Shown: positions 6,009-15,738 of the stretch, piece by piece
How positions within the stretch are numbered: position 1 is the stretch's first letter
How the letters are laid out: each line of letters opens with the position of its first letter
DNA from: Candidatus Roizmanbacteria bacterium
GTDB lineage: Bacteria > Patescibacteriota > Microgenomatia > UBA1406 > GWC2-37-13
DNA: 26,969 nucleotides
Assembly: GCA_013334845.1 (NCBI GenBank)
Contig: JAAXWV010000001.1
Coordinates: 1-26,969, forward strand
Direction: 5' to 3'
Notes under the pieces: generated by a model
The model's input: the letters and a program-made list of their open reading frames with translations, nothing else
Told to the model about the DNA's origin: nothing
Database searches by the model: none
Position numbers and translations under genes: made by a program

Positions 6009-7298
6009 CTATAAATAGAGCTTTCGATTCTTGTAGAACTTATCCAGTATGGAATCTTCTACGCCAAGATTTTTTAGCAGAGAATATTCCAACAGAAATA
6101 CCATTCTATTGGCGTTGATGTATTTATCGTTATAATCCATTACGCTGGCCTCGTCTTTTGCCTGAATCTTCACGTGAGATAACTTATTTCTCGTGATTCG
6201 GATTCGATTATAGTCTTTTGGGTCTATAATTCTTTCAGCTTTCGGGAAGACTTCATTTAATGTCTTTACGGCTTTGTCTGGGGATACCTCAAATTTGCCA
6301 GTTTCAACACTTACATACCCCTCTAATGCACTCACAACGTCCTTGAAATAGTTGTTTATATTTTTGGGAGAATTGGATCTGATTGAAGAAAATAAGTCAA
6401 ACATGTCGGTGTGTTTGTTCTTGTCGCTAAACCACTTGTCAAAGATTTTCTGACTATCCTTTTTAATGTCAGCAAATACAAAACTCATTTCGTGTTGGTG
6501 TATATTTTTCTTCTTAACATTATCCTTTGACTTCGTAACCATGGTGACATATTTCTTTTGTCTGCCTCTGCCCACTAGCACCCTAAAGTTAGTAGGCTCA
6601 ACATCTCTACCTATTGCAATAGATAAAAATCTTCGTATATGTGCGTAAGTTTCTTGGGCGGCAGATAATTCTATACCCTTGGCAGATTCTATTTTCACAT
6701 TGCAGCCCTGTGATATATGGATGTCCGTTGATGGCGACATCGGCATTGAACCTCTGTATATAGTGAATGCTAGCTTAAAGTCTTTACATTTATAGGCAAT
6801 AATATCTTTGGGAGACCTTATTTCAACTTTGTTTGTGATGTCATTCTTCTTTAACTTCTTACCTTCTTTTGGAAAGATAGTCGTGATAGTTATGATTCCG
6901 TCGCCAATCCAATTGAAGACATTCGGATATTCAACATAGTATTTTTTGAACTTGAGATTATCTATTCTGTCAAAGTGTTCCCCCTCAAAGATTCTACCAA
7001 GACTGTATGTATCTACTTTGTATCCATAATCAGCATTCATAGTCAAAGTGGTCGCAGGGTTAGCAAAATACTCAAGTGTGTATCGTCTGCTTCCGCTACG
7101 AGATACCCCTATGATTGTTTTATCTTGAATTGGACGCACTAGTCCTGGTGTGATTTTGCCGTATACGCCAGGCTTGAACCCCTCGAAACTTCCATTAAGC
7201 TCCAATTTACCATCATCAACTAATAAGTCGCCAGGCACTTTATTGTTAGGGTTATCGGACATCCACCACATGCCTGATATGCGGCTAGAGTCTGTCAT
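6009..7298 (-). CDS. ApeA-like HEPN-domain protein (putative anti-phage RNase)
   Basis: N-terminal GMWW..DNP...VPGDL.....LELNG (ApeA NTD-like), ALEGY, and the HEPN RxxxxH motif RNKLSH. Confidence 0.78.
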   Translation of the reverse strand: MTDSSRISGMWWMSDNPNNKVPGDLLVDDGKLELNGSFEGFKPGVYGKITPGLVRPIQDKTIIGVSRSGSRRYTLEYFANPATTLTMNADYGYKVDTYSLGRIFEGEHFDRIDNLKFKKYYVEYPNVFNWIGDGIITITTIFPKEGKKLKKNDITNKVEIRSPKDIIAYKCKDFKLAFTIYRGSMPMSPSTDIHISQGCNVKIESAKGIELSAAQETYAHIRRFLSIAIGRDVEPTNFRVLVGRGRQKKYVTMVTKSKDNVKKKNIHQHEMSFVFADIKKDSQKIFDKWFSDKNKHTDMFDLFSSIRSNSPKNINNYFKDVVSALEGYVSVETGKFEVSPDKAVKTLNEVFPKAERIIDPKDYNRIRITRNKLSHVKIQAKDEASVMDYNDKYINANRMVFLLEYSLLKNLGVEDSILDKFYKNRKLYL

Positions 7299-7316
7299 AT
7301 ATTAGAATTCTCAACC

Positions 7317-7334
7317 ATACTTACTAGTAAGTAT
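7317..7334. promoter_or_regulatory. Perfect 18-bp palindrome ATACTTACTAGTAAGTAT (operator candidate)
   Basis: Self-complementary; overlaps back-to-back TATACT hexamers (minus 7330-7335, plus 7332-7337). Confidence 0.6.
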
Positions 7335-7570
7335 ACTATGGAACAAGTATCACAGGTATGTACGACTGTCTATCCAAGACTGATGCAACCTTGCTACATT
7401 AAAGTTATAAACTTCTTTATCATATGGTGTCTTTTAGGACCATGCCCAGGTTGCGTGGCTGGTCGAGATTCTTTTCGATTACCTCGACCCAACTAATACG
7501 GTCAAAGGCGCAATAAAGCAAATCTTGCCAAAGGACGATATATATTTGAAAAATATCATATAATATCATT

Positions 7571-8626
7571 ATGTCGAAAGGAATAAATACAAAGATAATT
7601 AGATACCCTCACAGTACGTCGATAATATTAGACTCTAATATTTATATTGCTGATTTCCATCGAAGGTCTAAGGCATTTGAGGGTTTAAACAGGTACCTGA
7701 AACTAACAAGTTCATTGGTATATATACCCGAAGTAGTTTATAAAGAAGTATTAAATACTTACGAGACAGGTGCCGCTGAATTCATTAAATATATCAACAA
7801 GCAGAAACGTAATTTTTCTAGTGCTGTATCAACAGTAAAGACACCCCAAGCTTTAATTGAAGAGTATAAAAGAGCATGGGATTTTGATATAAAGTACGAT
7901 CACCATTACGAAATAATAGGCAGCGAGGCAATAAAGCTAGATAAGCTTATAGATAAGGCGATTAAAAAAAGTAAGCCCTTTAGTCCTTCGGGTACCGGTT
8001 TTAGGGACGCGGTGATATGGGAAAATGTTGTCAACCTTGCCGCTTCATCAAATGAGCAAGTTGTATTCATTTCAAATAATGGCAAAGATTTCGGTCATGA
8101 AAAACTTGATGAGAATTTATTTAATGAAGTTAGCATATACAAGAATCCTGTTAAATACTTCAGTGATATCGCAGGTTTCTTGCAAGAGTACGCATCAAAT
8201 CTGGAATTTTTGAGCAAAGAGACTGTTCAAGGTTGGATTGATAATGTAGACGAATTGTTTACAATAGAGGCGACCGATTTACTAAGTGAAGAATATGAGT
8301 ATATCTTTAATTTAGATAAACATGACTTTCCTATACCGCTTGAGTATACAAACTATGACTTTTTAGATACCGAATATCTTACTTCAGATTTAACTGATTA
8401 CTATATATATCGAGAAGATGACGACTATTATTATATTGAGGTTATAGTGTCAATTTATATAAAAACTACCTTAGTATATGAATACACAGTAATGGGTGTG
8501 GGTGGTAATAATGTAAATAAAACAGATGGCGAAGATTTGTATGGATCAAAATTAAGCACAATACAATTTAAGGTTAATAAAATCACTCATGAAAGTAAAC
8601 TGTTTATAGATAAAAATACCCTTTAA
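7571..8626 (+). CDS. PIN-domain protein (DUF4935-like)
   Basis: IILDSN, IPEVVYKEV, KPF...GFRDAVIWE and FISNNGKDF acidic PIN motifs. Confidence 0.82.
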   Translation: MSKGINTKIIRYPHSTSIILDSNIYIADFHRRSKAFEGLNRYLKLTSSLVYIPEVVYKEVLNTYETGAAEFIKYINKQKRNFSSAVSTVKTPQALIEEYKRAWDFDIKYDHHYEIIGSEAIKLDKLIDKAIKKSKPFSPSGTGFRDAVIWENVVNLAASSNEQVVFISNNGKDFGHEKLDENLFNEVSIYKNPVKYFSDIAGFLQEYASNLEFLSKETVQGWIDNVDELFTIEATDLLSEEYEYIFNLDKHDFPIPLEYTNYDFLDTEYLTSDLTDYYIYREDDDYYYIEVIVSIYIKTTLVYEYTVMGVGGNNVNKTDGEDLYGSKLSTIQFKVNKITHESKLFIDKNTL

Positions 8627-8739
8627 GTTTAACCCATCGGCACACCTTCCTGCCCATTACGTATAATGAGGAGATATGTAAATGGAAGGATAGTTAATAA
8701 TCAAAAGCAAAAATGTGATGTGTTTCTTGTAATTATTAC

Positions 8740-10473
8740 TTATTTTTCTGCACGACTCTTACGTTTAGACCTATCGTGAAAAGCCTGTATCCTTTTTAAT
8801 AGCTCGACTATTTCTAACACCATCTCCTTCTTCACCTTACTTAGATCCGATGATGAGCTATTAGATATCGCCATTAAAGAACTGGTTATAGTGTCGATGT
8901 CCCATCGTTTATTAAATTTGTCATAAAACATAGTAGCAAGCAACCTAGCCACGTTATCTATTAGGCTTGTAGATTGCAATACGTCGGCATATGAATCATT
9001 CCTCAATTCTCTTAGTTTGATGTCGATCATTATGTCCATTGGTCTCGATTTCATAGTGTAGAAATAGAGTACGGATTCATAGCTGTCTAAACCTTCGATA
9101 TTGAGCATAAACCAATAAAAATTTGACATAGCAACTTCATCTGTATCGGGGAATACAAATTCAGTAACATAATCTATTCTTTCAAAATCAACACTATCGA
9201 TCTCATCGAATTTATTGAATATCCACGACTTATATATCTGTACCACAACAAGACCTAAAGACTTTTTTATGCAAAGATCATAGTGCTTCACCCTCCACTC
9301 AACCATAGTAGAATCTGTAATAAATATACTATCAAATTCATCTTCAGTTGAGATTGATCTTGTACCATCAAATATTGAGTCGAAGGTTGTAAATAAAAAG
9401 TTACGCATCATCGAGTAAGCGTGCTTATTTTTATCTGTTCCGAGAAAGTTAATATTCACATCAGTACATCTGGTATGAAAATCTCTCATTAACTCGAATA
9501 CATTAGTGGAGAATTCATCTTTGGAACTATCAATGAAGATTTTTTTTGTAATTTTTAGCAGTAATTCGGAAATTTTAGCATACAAGTCAGCATAGGTAAG
9601 GTCGCTGCTATCTAGCATTACCTCGTTATTATAAAACATATCCAAGAAACGCTCTAAATAGTAGCTTAAATATACTGGCTTTTGTGAATACCTATTGACT
9701 ATATATTTTTCGTACATTTTTAGCATATCAATAGAACGACTAATCGCCCTAAGATCGTCAATATGACTTAGATTGTCTGTCAAGATAGATAAAAAATAAT
9801 CATGTAATTCATCTTCAAAATCAAATGGCAATCTTGGCTCTCTCCATATTGAGTTCCATGGTCTGACGTCATCAGACTTTACTAATGCGAATACTACTCT
9901 AGCGAACCGATATGAACTACCGGCTTCAAAATATCCATCCTCTTTAGTGTTCAGATCGGTTACAAGATCAGTTAGCCACAGATATGACCTGAATAGAGAG
10001 CCGATAAAAAATACCCAAGCGAGAATAATCGCTGGCGAAAGATACAGTTTAAATATTCCATTTGGTATAAGTGCGTAGGCTAAAACAAAAACTGTTGCGA
10101 TCACCAAACCCTTTAGGCGTATAACATATTTAACTAGGGTCATTCGCATAAAAACTATTCTACTGTCATCAATTAGAGATATGGCTACAGGTATAAAGAG
10201 TGATATTAAAACAGCAGTAATACCTATGGCGTGATCAGAAAAGCTATCTCCAAAAAAAGCATGGGGAATATTATCTGGGTTCCATATCAGTAACAAAAAT
10301 AATAAAATAAATAGTAACAAATACCCAACTGTGATTGTTAGTCTTGATAACAATTTCTGTTGATTAAATCTATAAATAAACGGCCCCGAAGAGTAATATC
10401 TATCAATAGAATAAGAGGGGTGTATATATGGATTTTTTGAAATATTAATTATCTTCTTGAGGCGAGACCACAT
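8740..10473 (-). CDS. Hypothetical membrane protein (about 4 N-terminal TM helices plus a long helical cytoplasmic region)
   Basis: Hydrophobic stretches such as TVGYLLLFILLFLLLIW and AIGITAVLISLFIPVAISL; 577-aa ORF with a promoter-like upstream sequence. Confidence 0.7.
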   Translation of the reverse strand: MWSRLKKIINISKNPYIHPSYSIDRYYSSGPFIYRFNQQKLLSRLTITVGYLLLFILLFLLLIWNPDNIPHAFFGDSFSDHAIGITAVLISLFIPVAISLIDDSRIVFMRMTLVKYVIRLKGLVIATVFVLAYALIPNGIFKLYLSPAIILAWVFFIGSLFRSYLWLTDLVTDLNTKEDGYFEAGSSYRFARVVFALVKSDDVRPWNSIWREPRLPFDFEDELHDYFLSILTDNLSHIDDLRAISRSIDMLKMYEKYIVNRYSQKPVYLSYYLERFLDMFYNNEVMLDSSDLTYADLYAKISELLLKITKKIFIDSSKDEFSTNVFELMRDFHTRCTDVNINFLGTDKNKHAYSMMRNFLFTTFDSIFDGTRSISTEDEFDSIFITDSTMVEWRVKHYDLCIKKSLGLVVVQIYKSWIFNKFDEIDSVDFERIDYVTEFVFPDTDEVAMSNFYWFMLNIEGLDSYESVLYFYTMKSRPMDIMIDIKLRELRNDSYADVLQSTSLIDNVARLLATMFYDKFNKRWDIDTITSSLMAISNSSSSDLSKVKKEMVLEIVELLKRIQAFHDRSKRKSRAEK

Positions 10474-10601
10474 AAATATATCTTAGCATTAATTAGTGTG
10501 AATAGGGACGGTTACTTCATCTATTGCTCTAATGATGAAAGTTTGAACATCCATCCACATATTTTTGAATCCGCTCTTGCTTATCATGCTATAATATGGT
10601 C

Positions 10602-10982
10602 ATGAAACAAATAACACAAGAATATGGACTACAAAATCAAGGTGGATTTAGCGATACACGTTTAAGATTTTTCGTGCTTGGGTTTATGAGTTTAGGTCTA
10701 ATCATGACACCATTTTTAGGAATGTTAGCGTCATTTATCGTGATGTTAATTTTTGCAATATTTACTGCAGTTAAAATCAATGAGTTTCAACAAAGTAATC
10801 AAGAGTCTATTTTGCTTCATCGTCAAGCTATGGATCGAATGTATAATTACGGTGCCAAAGCTGAGTATTATAGGATGCTGCTAAAACCATACGAAAAGAA
10901 AGCAATTAATCGAGCCGCTAAATCTCGAAAAGCCAATCAAATTAATCATATAAACAGTTTAAATCTAGCATTAAGTAGATAG
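10602..10982 (+). CDS. Small membrane protein; start at 10602 preferred over 10596
   Basis: Two-TM hydrophobic block; TGcTATAAT lies 6 nt before ATG 10602. Confidence 0.6.
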   Translation: MKQITQEYGLQNQGGFSDTRLRFFVLGFMSLGLIMTPFLGMLASFIVMLIFAIFTAVKINEFQQSNQESILLHRQAMDRMYNYGAKAEYYRMLLKPYEKKAINRAAKSRKANQINHINSLNLALSR

Positions 10983-10993
10983 GCGTAAACCTT

Positions 10994-11446
10994 TTATGCT
11001 GGTACTGGGAAAGACTCGCCAGATAATAACTTTCTCAGTTCATCAGTGGTAACAATTTTCATACCAGTAAGAATTTTTTCTAATTCTTCGCGTTTCCCGT
11101 TTGAAGATGGATCATTTCTGATATCACGAATGAAATCTTTTGGGTTATTTGTCACAAAATACTCACATTTCGCATGATAAGCAGAGTACAAATGTGCCAA
11201 GTCAAATCTGTCACTAACTTTATTTGGATGCATTATATCTTCTATGTCATCAATATCGTCGCCCGCCAAATAATCTCCTCCACCGAGAGTAGATACGCCT
11301 AGCATGAACACGCCCGGTATACTGTCGGCATGGCGGAGTTTTTGCTCGTAGTGACCTACATGCACCACCTCTAAATCATGTAGTCTTTTAAGATTTGTGA
11401 TTTTCTTTCGATCGACTCCTTGATCTATATACACCTTAGTACTCAT
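10994..11446 (-). CDS. Small PIN-like protein (TTG at 11452 is an alternative start)
   Basis: VYID at the N-terminus; D..HLYSA....CEYFVTNNPKDF is typical of the PIN C-terminal motif. Confidence 0.6.
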   Translation of the reverse strand: MSTKVYIDQGVDRKKITNLKRLHDLEVVHVGHYEQKLRHADSIPGVFMLGVSTLGGGDYLAGDDIDDIEDIMHPNKVSDRFDLAHLYSAYHAKCEYFVTNNPKDFIRDIRNDPSSNGKREELEKILTGMKIVTTDELRKLLSGESFPVPA

Positions 11447-11452
11447 GCTCAA

Positions 11453-11764
11453 CTAGACCTTACTGTTTTTAACTGCATCAAGTACCTCACGATGGCGTAA
11501 TTCATCACGTTTATTCTTGCGCGATCCGCGTCGCCAGAGACGAAATGGAATAAATAAGATACCGAACAATACGTACATCACAAAATACCAAAGCATAACG
11601 AACATCCATGCGATACAAACCAAACAAATAGCAATTGGTATAAGAACCGCCCATTTCAATATCATATTACCTGTTTCAGTAATTTCCCAAATTCTCTGGT
11701 AAGAACCTGCAAATGAAAGAGGTGCTGAAATTACTATTTTTTCCGACGCTAGCTTATTAGACAT
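11453..11764 (-). CDS. 103-aa membrane protein with a basic C-terminal tail
   Basis: Long hydrophobic segment, then RRGSRKNKR; starts 2 nt after the REase stop. Confidence 0.7.
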   Translation of the reverse strand: MSNKLASEKIVISAPLSFAGSYQRIWEITETGNMILKWAVLIPIAICLVCIAWMFVMLWYFVMYVLFGILFIPFRLWRRGSRKNKRDELRHREVLDAVKNSKV

Positions 11765-11766
11765 AG

Positions 11767-13557
11767 TTACCAGACTGATACTAACTCTTTAAGATTTTCT
11801 TGCCACTGCGTAGAGTCTGTATGTGCAGCAACCGTGCCACTAAGGTTGCTAACTAGATCCTCTAGAGTTGCATTCCCAAGACTGCCAGATACAATCCTGC
11901 TGCGTGCACTTTTTAGGAAATCTACGAATTGCTCAATAGTTAGAGGAAAAATATTTTGAGGTCTGCCCTCAAATTCATACTTATTACTTATCCAGAATGT
12001 GTTCAAGGTATCTCTATGTATGTGTGGTGCAACAAATAAGCAAAACGCCTTCTTTTTAGGAATTGTATTTTCGAAATCACGTAAATGTCGCATCACAGGT
12101 TGACCTTCTGCGGTCCACTGATCGCGTCCGCAAAGTAGAGTTACCTCTACTGTCATGCCAAAGTTATCATACTCACATTCGATATCTGAAAGATTACCCC
12201 TAAAGCCTGTTGGTAGACCGTCGTCGCCAACCTTATAGCTTGGTTCGATACGCAATGCATCATTTAATACCATCATAGCTCTAGATACGTACCATTCAAA
12301 ATCCAGCGATGGCCTAGAAGTGACTGGTTCATATCTACTACTAGAAATGATTGATATTTTATGGATAGCTTCATCCAGTGCGCTGACATCATGACGTAAT
12401 AAACGTAATTTTTCGATCCTAACATCATTAATCTTTTCCTGCAGTATGTCCACCTGTTTTACTAGAGTCTTGCCGATAATATCCGAATTATCGATTGCCA
12501 CAGAAACTTCTTTTGCTTCGCTGTCGAGTATCTCAGTAAGATTATCGGTAATTTTCTGTAAGTCTTTTTCATTTTGCCATGGCAGATCGTATGATAAGTC
12601 ACCGAGGTATTCAAGATAAGCTTCTGCCGTCGTAAAATCTAGAGACTGGATAGACACTGATTCCACGATGCTCATAGCCTCAGCCATTTTGTCTTTTGCG
12701 ATATCTACGTGTCTGCCAGCGCCTCGCAGTGCTATCAAACCAGATATTCGGAAATACCTAAGAGATGAGTCTGCATAATCTCTCAAACTTCCGATCTGCC
12801 TTCTAAGATTATCCTCATTTGAGTAACCATAAATAGCTATGACTCGTTGACGTTCGAAATTGCTGATAAAATCGCTTCTTTCCTTGCCAGACAAGTTGTG
12901 AGATTTTTGTCTGAATGCAATTATCTGCGTTGTTGCCAACTCGATAGAATTTTTTGACTTAAGAGAAAGCGCGAAAAGTCGGTACTCTCCCTTGGACAAA
13001 CCTACTGGCTGATTGCCGAGTTGTTGCCATGCGTCATTTACGCCTTTTATTAGACGTAAAACTGCGGGGAAGGGTTTTATATCAAATTCATTATATCCAG
13101 ACTCAATTGGGTTTGGGTATTGCCAACGGAGAAGAAACCTAGTAAAAAGTTCTTCGTCATCAATCTCACCACTTAGCCATTTTTTTCCAAGAGGAGTAAT
13201 AATAACCGAGCTATGCGACTGTAGGGCGATACATAACCCGAATCTATTCAATACAGCAACAGACGTACGGCCTCGACCAGCACTGTCGACACTCCCTCTA
13301 TATTTATCTATTATCCGATTGACGGTATTATCATCAATGTCTTCGTTCGGATCGGAGTCATAGACTGCGCTTGAAAGATCATCCCCGAGCGTGGCTCGCG
13401 TCGGTGTATAAAATCGCTTCTTAATTTGCAAGCCAAAAAAATGCTCTTGGCCACCGGCGTCAAAAGTAGTGCCCTCCATATCACTCAAGATACGAAGCAG
13501 GTTTTCCATTCGTTCTGGATTACGTACTGTAGTATTAAAACTCCATACTTCTGCCAT
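11767..13557 (-). CDS. AlwI-family type IIS restriction endonuclease
   Basis: WSFNTTVRNPER N-terminus, LLRWQYP, DYADSSLRYFR, DIEC...VEVTL...Q...EGQPVMRH; adjacent to a double methyltransferase. Confidence 0.85.
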   Translation of the reverse strand: MAEVWSFNTTVRNPERMENLLRILSDMEGTTFDAGGQEHFFGLQIKKRFYTPTRATLGDDLSSAVYDSDPNEDIDDNTVNRIIDKYRGSVDSAGRGRTSVAVLNRFGLCIALQSHSSVIITPLGKKWLSGEIDDEELFTRFLLRWQYPNPIESGYNEFDIKPFPAVLRLIKGVNDAWQQLGNQPVGLSKGEYRLFALSLKSKNSIELATTQIIAFRQKSHNLSGKERSDFISNFERQRVIAIYGYSNEDNLRRQIGSLRDYADSSLRYFRISGLIALRGAGRHVDIAKDKMAEAMSIVESVSIQSLDFTTAEAYLEYLGDLSYDLPWQNEKDLQKITDNLTEILDSEAKEVSVAIDNSDIIGKTLVKQVDILQEKINDVRIEKLRLLRHDVSALDEAIHKISIISSSRYEPVTSRPSLDFEWYVSRAMMVLNDALRIEPSYKVGDDGLPTGFRGNLSDIECEYDNFGMTVEVTLLCGRDQWTAEGQPVMRHLRDFENTIPKKKAFCLFVAPHIHRDTLNTFWISNKYEFEGRPQNIFPLTIEQFVDFLKSARSRIVSGSLGNATLEDLVSNLSGTVAAHTDSTQWQENLKELVSVW

Positions 13558-13578
13558 ACTTGAGATTATATCAAACTA

Positions 13579-15582
13579 TTAGTAGTTAGTAACTAACACT
13601 TCTCGTGTAATATTATTTTTTGCGTTTGATTGATAGTTTGAGTTTTTATAATCGAAGTTCAATATGTGCATATTTAACCCTAGTCGCTCGACCCACTTTT
13701 GGAGAATAGCATTCTTTGTGCCCTTATGTTCGATAACATTAGAGAGTGCGAATCGTATTTTTTGTTTATTCAGACTAGTCAACACATCATAGAGGTCGTT
13801 TTCGTCTTTTTCGGACCATCCACCGCTCTCGTTGTATGCAGCCAAGCCAAGTAGATATGGCGGATCTAGGTATACAAAATCTTTACGGGATAACTTGTAA
13901 TTAAGAAGATCCCTAAAATCCCCGGTTGTAAATTCAATATTTTTATCATTTGCAGCTTGGTTAAATTCGGCAAGATTGCGTCGTAAACTACCGTTATAAT
14001 CACGTTTTCCAACAGGTAAGTTAAATTCTCCTTTTGAGTTAAAGCGGATCTGATTATTAAACGAATACATCACCAGTACTAACAGTAGCAACGTTTTCTT
14101 TCTTGAAGTTTTTGTTTTATTGTACGCAGCTCGTAACGACAGGTAGCGTTCTTTGTTGAATACACCTAGTCCTTTTGAACTTTCTGCGCCATATGCGTCA
14201 TAACCATTTACATAGCTTTGGCTTAATCCATGCTCGTTTACGACTTCTAGTATTTCTTGGTGTAGCTCCTCAAAATTAGTGGATTTCATCAAACTTAGCA
14301 AGTGAACTACGTTATCGTTCTTGTCAACACAAACTACGCTTTTACTATGTGCATTAACGCCTACGTTCGCACCTCCGCAGAATATATCGTAGAAGGTATC
14401 TATGTCTTTAGGTATGTGTTGATTAATTTGTGGCATTAACTTGTGTTTACCACCCGTGTAGTTAAGCGGTGATTTTACAAACTCACGCTTAGATGCATTT
14501 TTATGGGTGGTGATTGTAACTGGTGTTGTTCTTATTTTATTCTCCACACGACAGAAAAATATACGCTCCATTAAGTCGTTCTTATCCGATTTGCCAGTAG
14601 TGAATTGCTTGAAAGTCTTTTCGTATATTGTCAATTTTCCTCGACGTTCCAGCGCAGATACTATTTCATGATCCGTAAGTCGCGACTGTGAACGAGCATT
14701 GCCATGGTCACCCATATCGTTATATGAAACTAAGATATATTTAGTATCTAATTTATCTATTAGGTCGCTAAACGCTTCTCCTGCTGACTTAAGACTGTAC
14801 CTGCTCTTTATGTGGGATCTATCAATTTTTTTTGCGACACCGTAAACTGGATGTTTTCCCCATGATGCGATGTTTTCTAGTAAGTGATACGCATCTGAAT
14901 ATTGACGCGAATTATATGGGGGGTCTATATAGACAACGTCGGCTTTTATCGTTTTAACTAATTCATTTGCATCACATTTATATATATGACTGGAGTGCCT
15001 TGTTTTGATCAAGTTAAGAGGTCGTAGCACTAATTCTTTCTTCGGGATTTCAATTTTTCTGTATGCATCATAGTGCCCAACAGTGTTAGCTATACGATCT
15101 AAAGAATAAATTAGTGATGTGACTAGATAAGCCTTTTCGCGTTCACTTATTTCTCCCGATGTGTACAGATTTTCAATATTCTCTCGTATTGCCCCAATCC
15201 GCTTTGAATTATCGTGATCGAAGTATGTATTTGAAAAGTTACTTGAGAAATAATTTTCATCAAGCATAGCAGCATCTATGGAATTGTATTCATTTATTTT
15301 CGAAAGTGTAACATCAAGTCGAATAGGTTCTTTACCAAAAAAAGCAAGATATGTAATATAGTTAGAATCTAAGATGTCATTAACGATTATGTTAGTCTTG
15401 TTATAGAAATGATGTGCCACTACCCCCGTGCCTGCGAAAATGTCAGCAAACGATTTATATACTACGCTCTCTTGCTCTAACGTCTCTTCAATGAATTTCA
15501 ACAATCTTGTTTTACTTCCAAGATAGCGTCGTTGATTTATCTTTACGAATGAACTTTTATTTCCAAAACCTGCATCAATCAT
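13579..15582 (-). CDS. Fused double N6-adenine DNA methyltransferase (D12/Dam class, M.FokI-like architecture)
   Basis: Two sets of motif I (FADIFAGTG, FYDIFCGG) and motif IV (DPPY twice); RRYLGSK and KSPLNYTGGK domain starts. Confidence 0.93.
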   Translation of the reverse strand: MIDAGFGNKSSFVKINQRRYLGSKTRLLKFIEETLEQESVVYKSFADIFAGTGVVAHHFYNKTNIIVNDILDSNYITYLAFFGKEPIRLDVTLSKINEYNSIDAAMLDENYFSSNFSNTYFDHDNSKRIGAIRENIENLYTSGEISEREKAYLVTSLIYSLDRIANTVGHYDAYRKIEIPKKELVLRPLNLIKTRHSSHIYKCDANELVKTIKADVVYIDPPYNSRQYSDAYHLLENIASWGKHPVYGVAKKIDRSHIKSRYSLKSAGEAFSDLIDKLDTKYILVSYNDMGDHGNARSQSRLTDHEIVSALERRGKLTIYEKTFKQFTTGKSDKNDLMERIFFCRVENKIRTTPVTITTHKNASKREFVKSPLNYTGGKHKLMPQINQHIPKDIDTFYDIFCGGANVGVNAHSKSVVCVDKNDNVVHLLSLMKSTNFEELHQEILEVVNEHGLSQSYVNGYDAYGAESSKGLGVFNKERYLSLRAAYNKTKTSRKKTLLLLVLVMYSFNNQIRFNSKGEFNLPVGKRDYNGSLRRNLAEFNQAANDKNIEFTTGDFRDLLNYKLSRKDFVYLDPPYLLGLAAYNESGGWSEKDENDLYDVLTSLNKQKIRFALSNVIEHKGTKNAILQKWVERLGLNMHILNFDYKNSNYQSNAKNNITREVLVTNY

Positions 15583-15588
15583 AATACG

Positions 15589-15617
15589 ATTGTATTGTGC
15601 TTGTGCTGTTTTGTAAA
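15589..15617 (-). promoter_or_regulatory. Promoter of the R-M operon, leaderless configuration
   Basis: Minus strand TTTACA, 17-nt spacer, TACAAT, 6 nt, ATG; no SD. Confidence 0.65.
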
Positions 15618-15708
15618 TGCTTATTGTTATTGTATTTTTATAATTTTTATAATTAGCAATTTTTAATTGTATTGGGCTTATGTTTAACTATACTTTGCAA
15701 TGAATTAG

Positions 15709-15738
15709 TTGACAAGTCAAATATATTAGGGTTACAAT
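15709..15738 (+). promoter_or_regulatory. Conjugation-operon promoter
   Basis: TTGACA(15709-15714), 18-nt spacer, TACAAT(15733-15738); AAGGAG SD at 15768-15773. Confidence 0.7.

Noticed and set aside
4502-7305. Extra ATATATTAG copies at 4502-4510 and 7297-7305 as a shared regulon box
   Set aside because: A low-complexity AT-rich 9-mer, with one copy inside a CDS; chance is sufficient.
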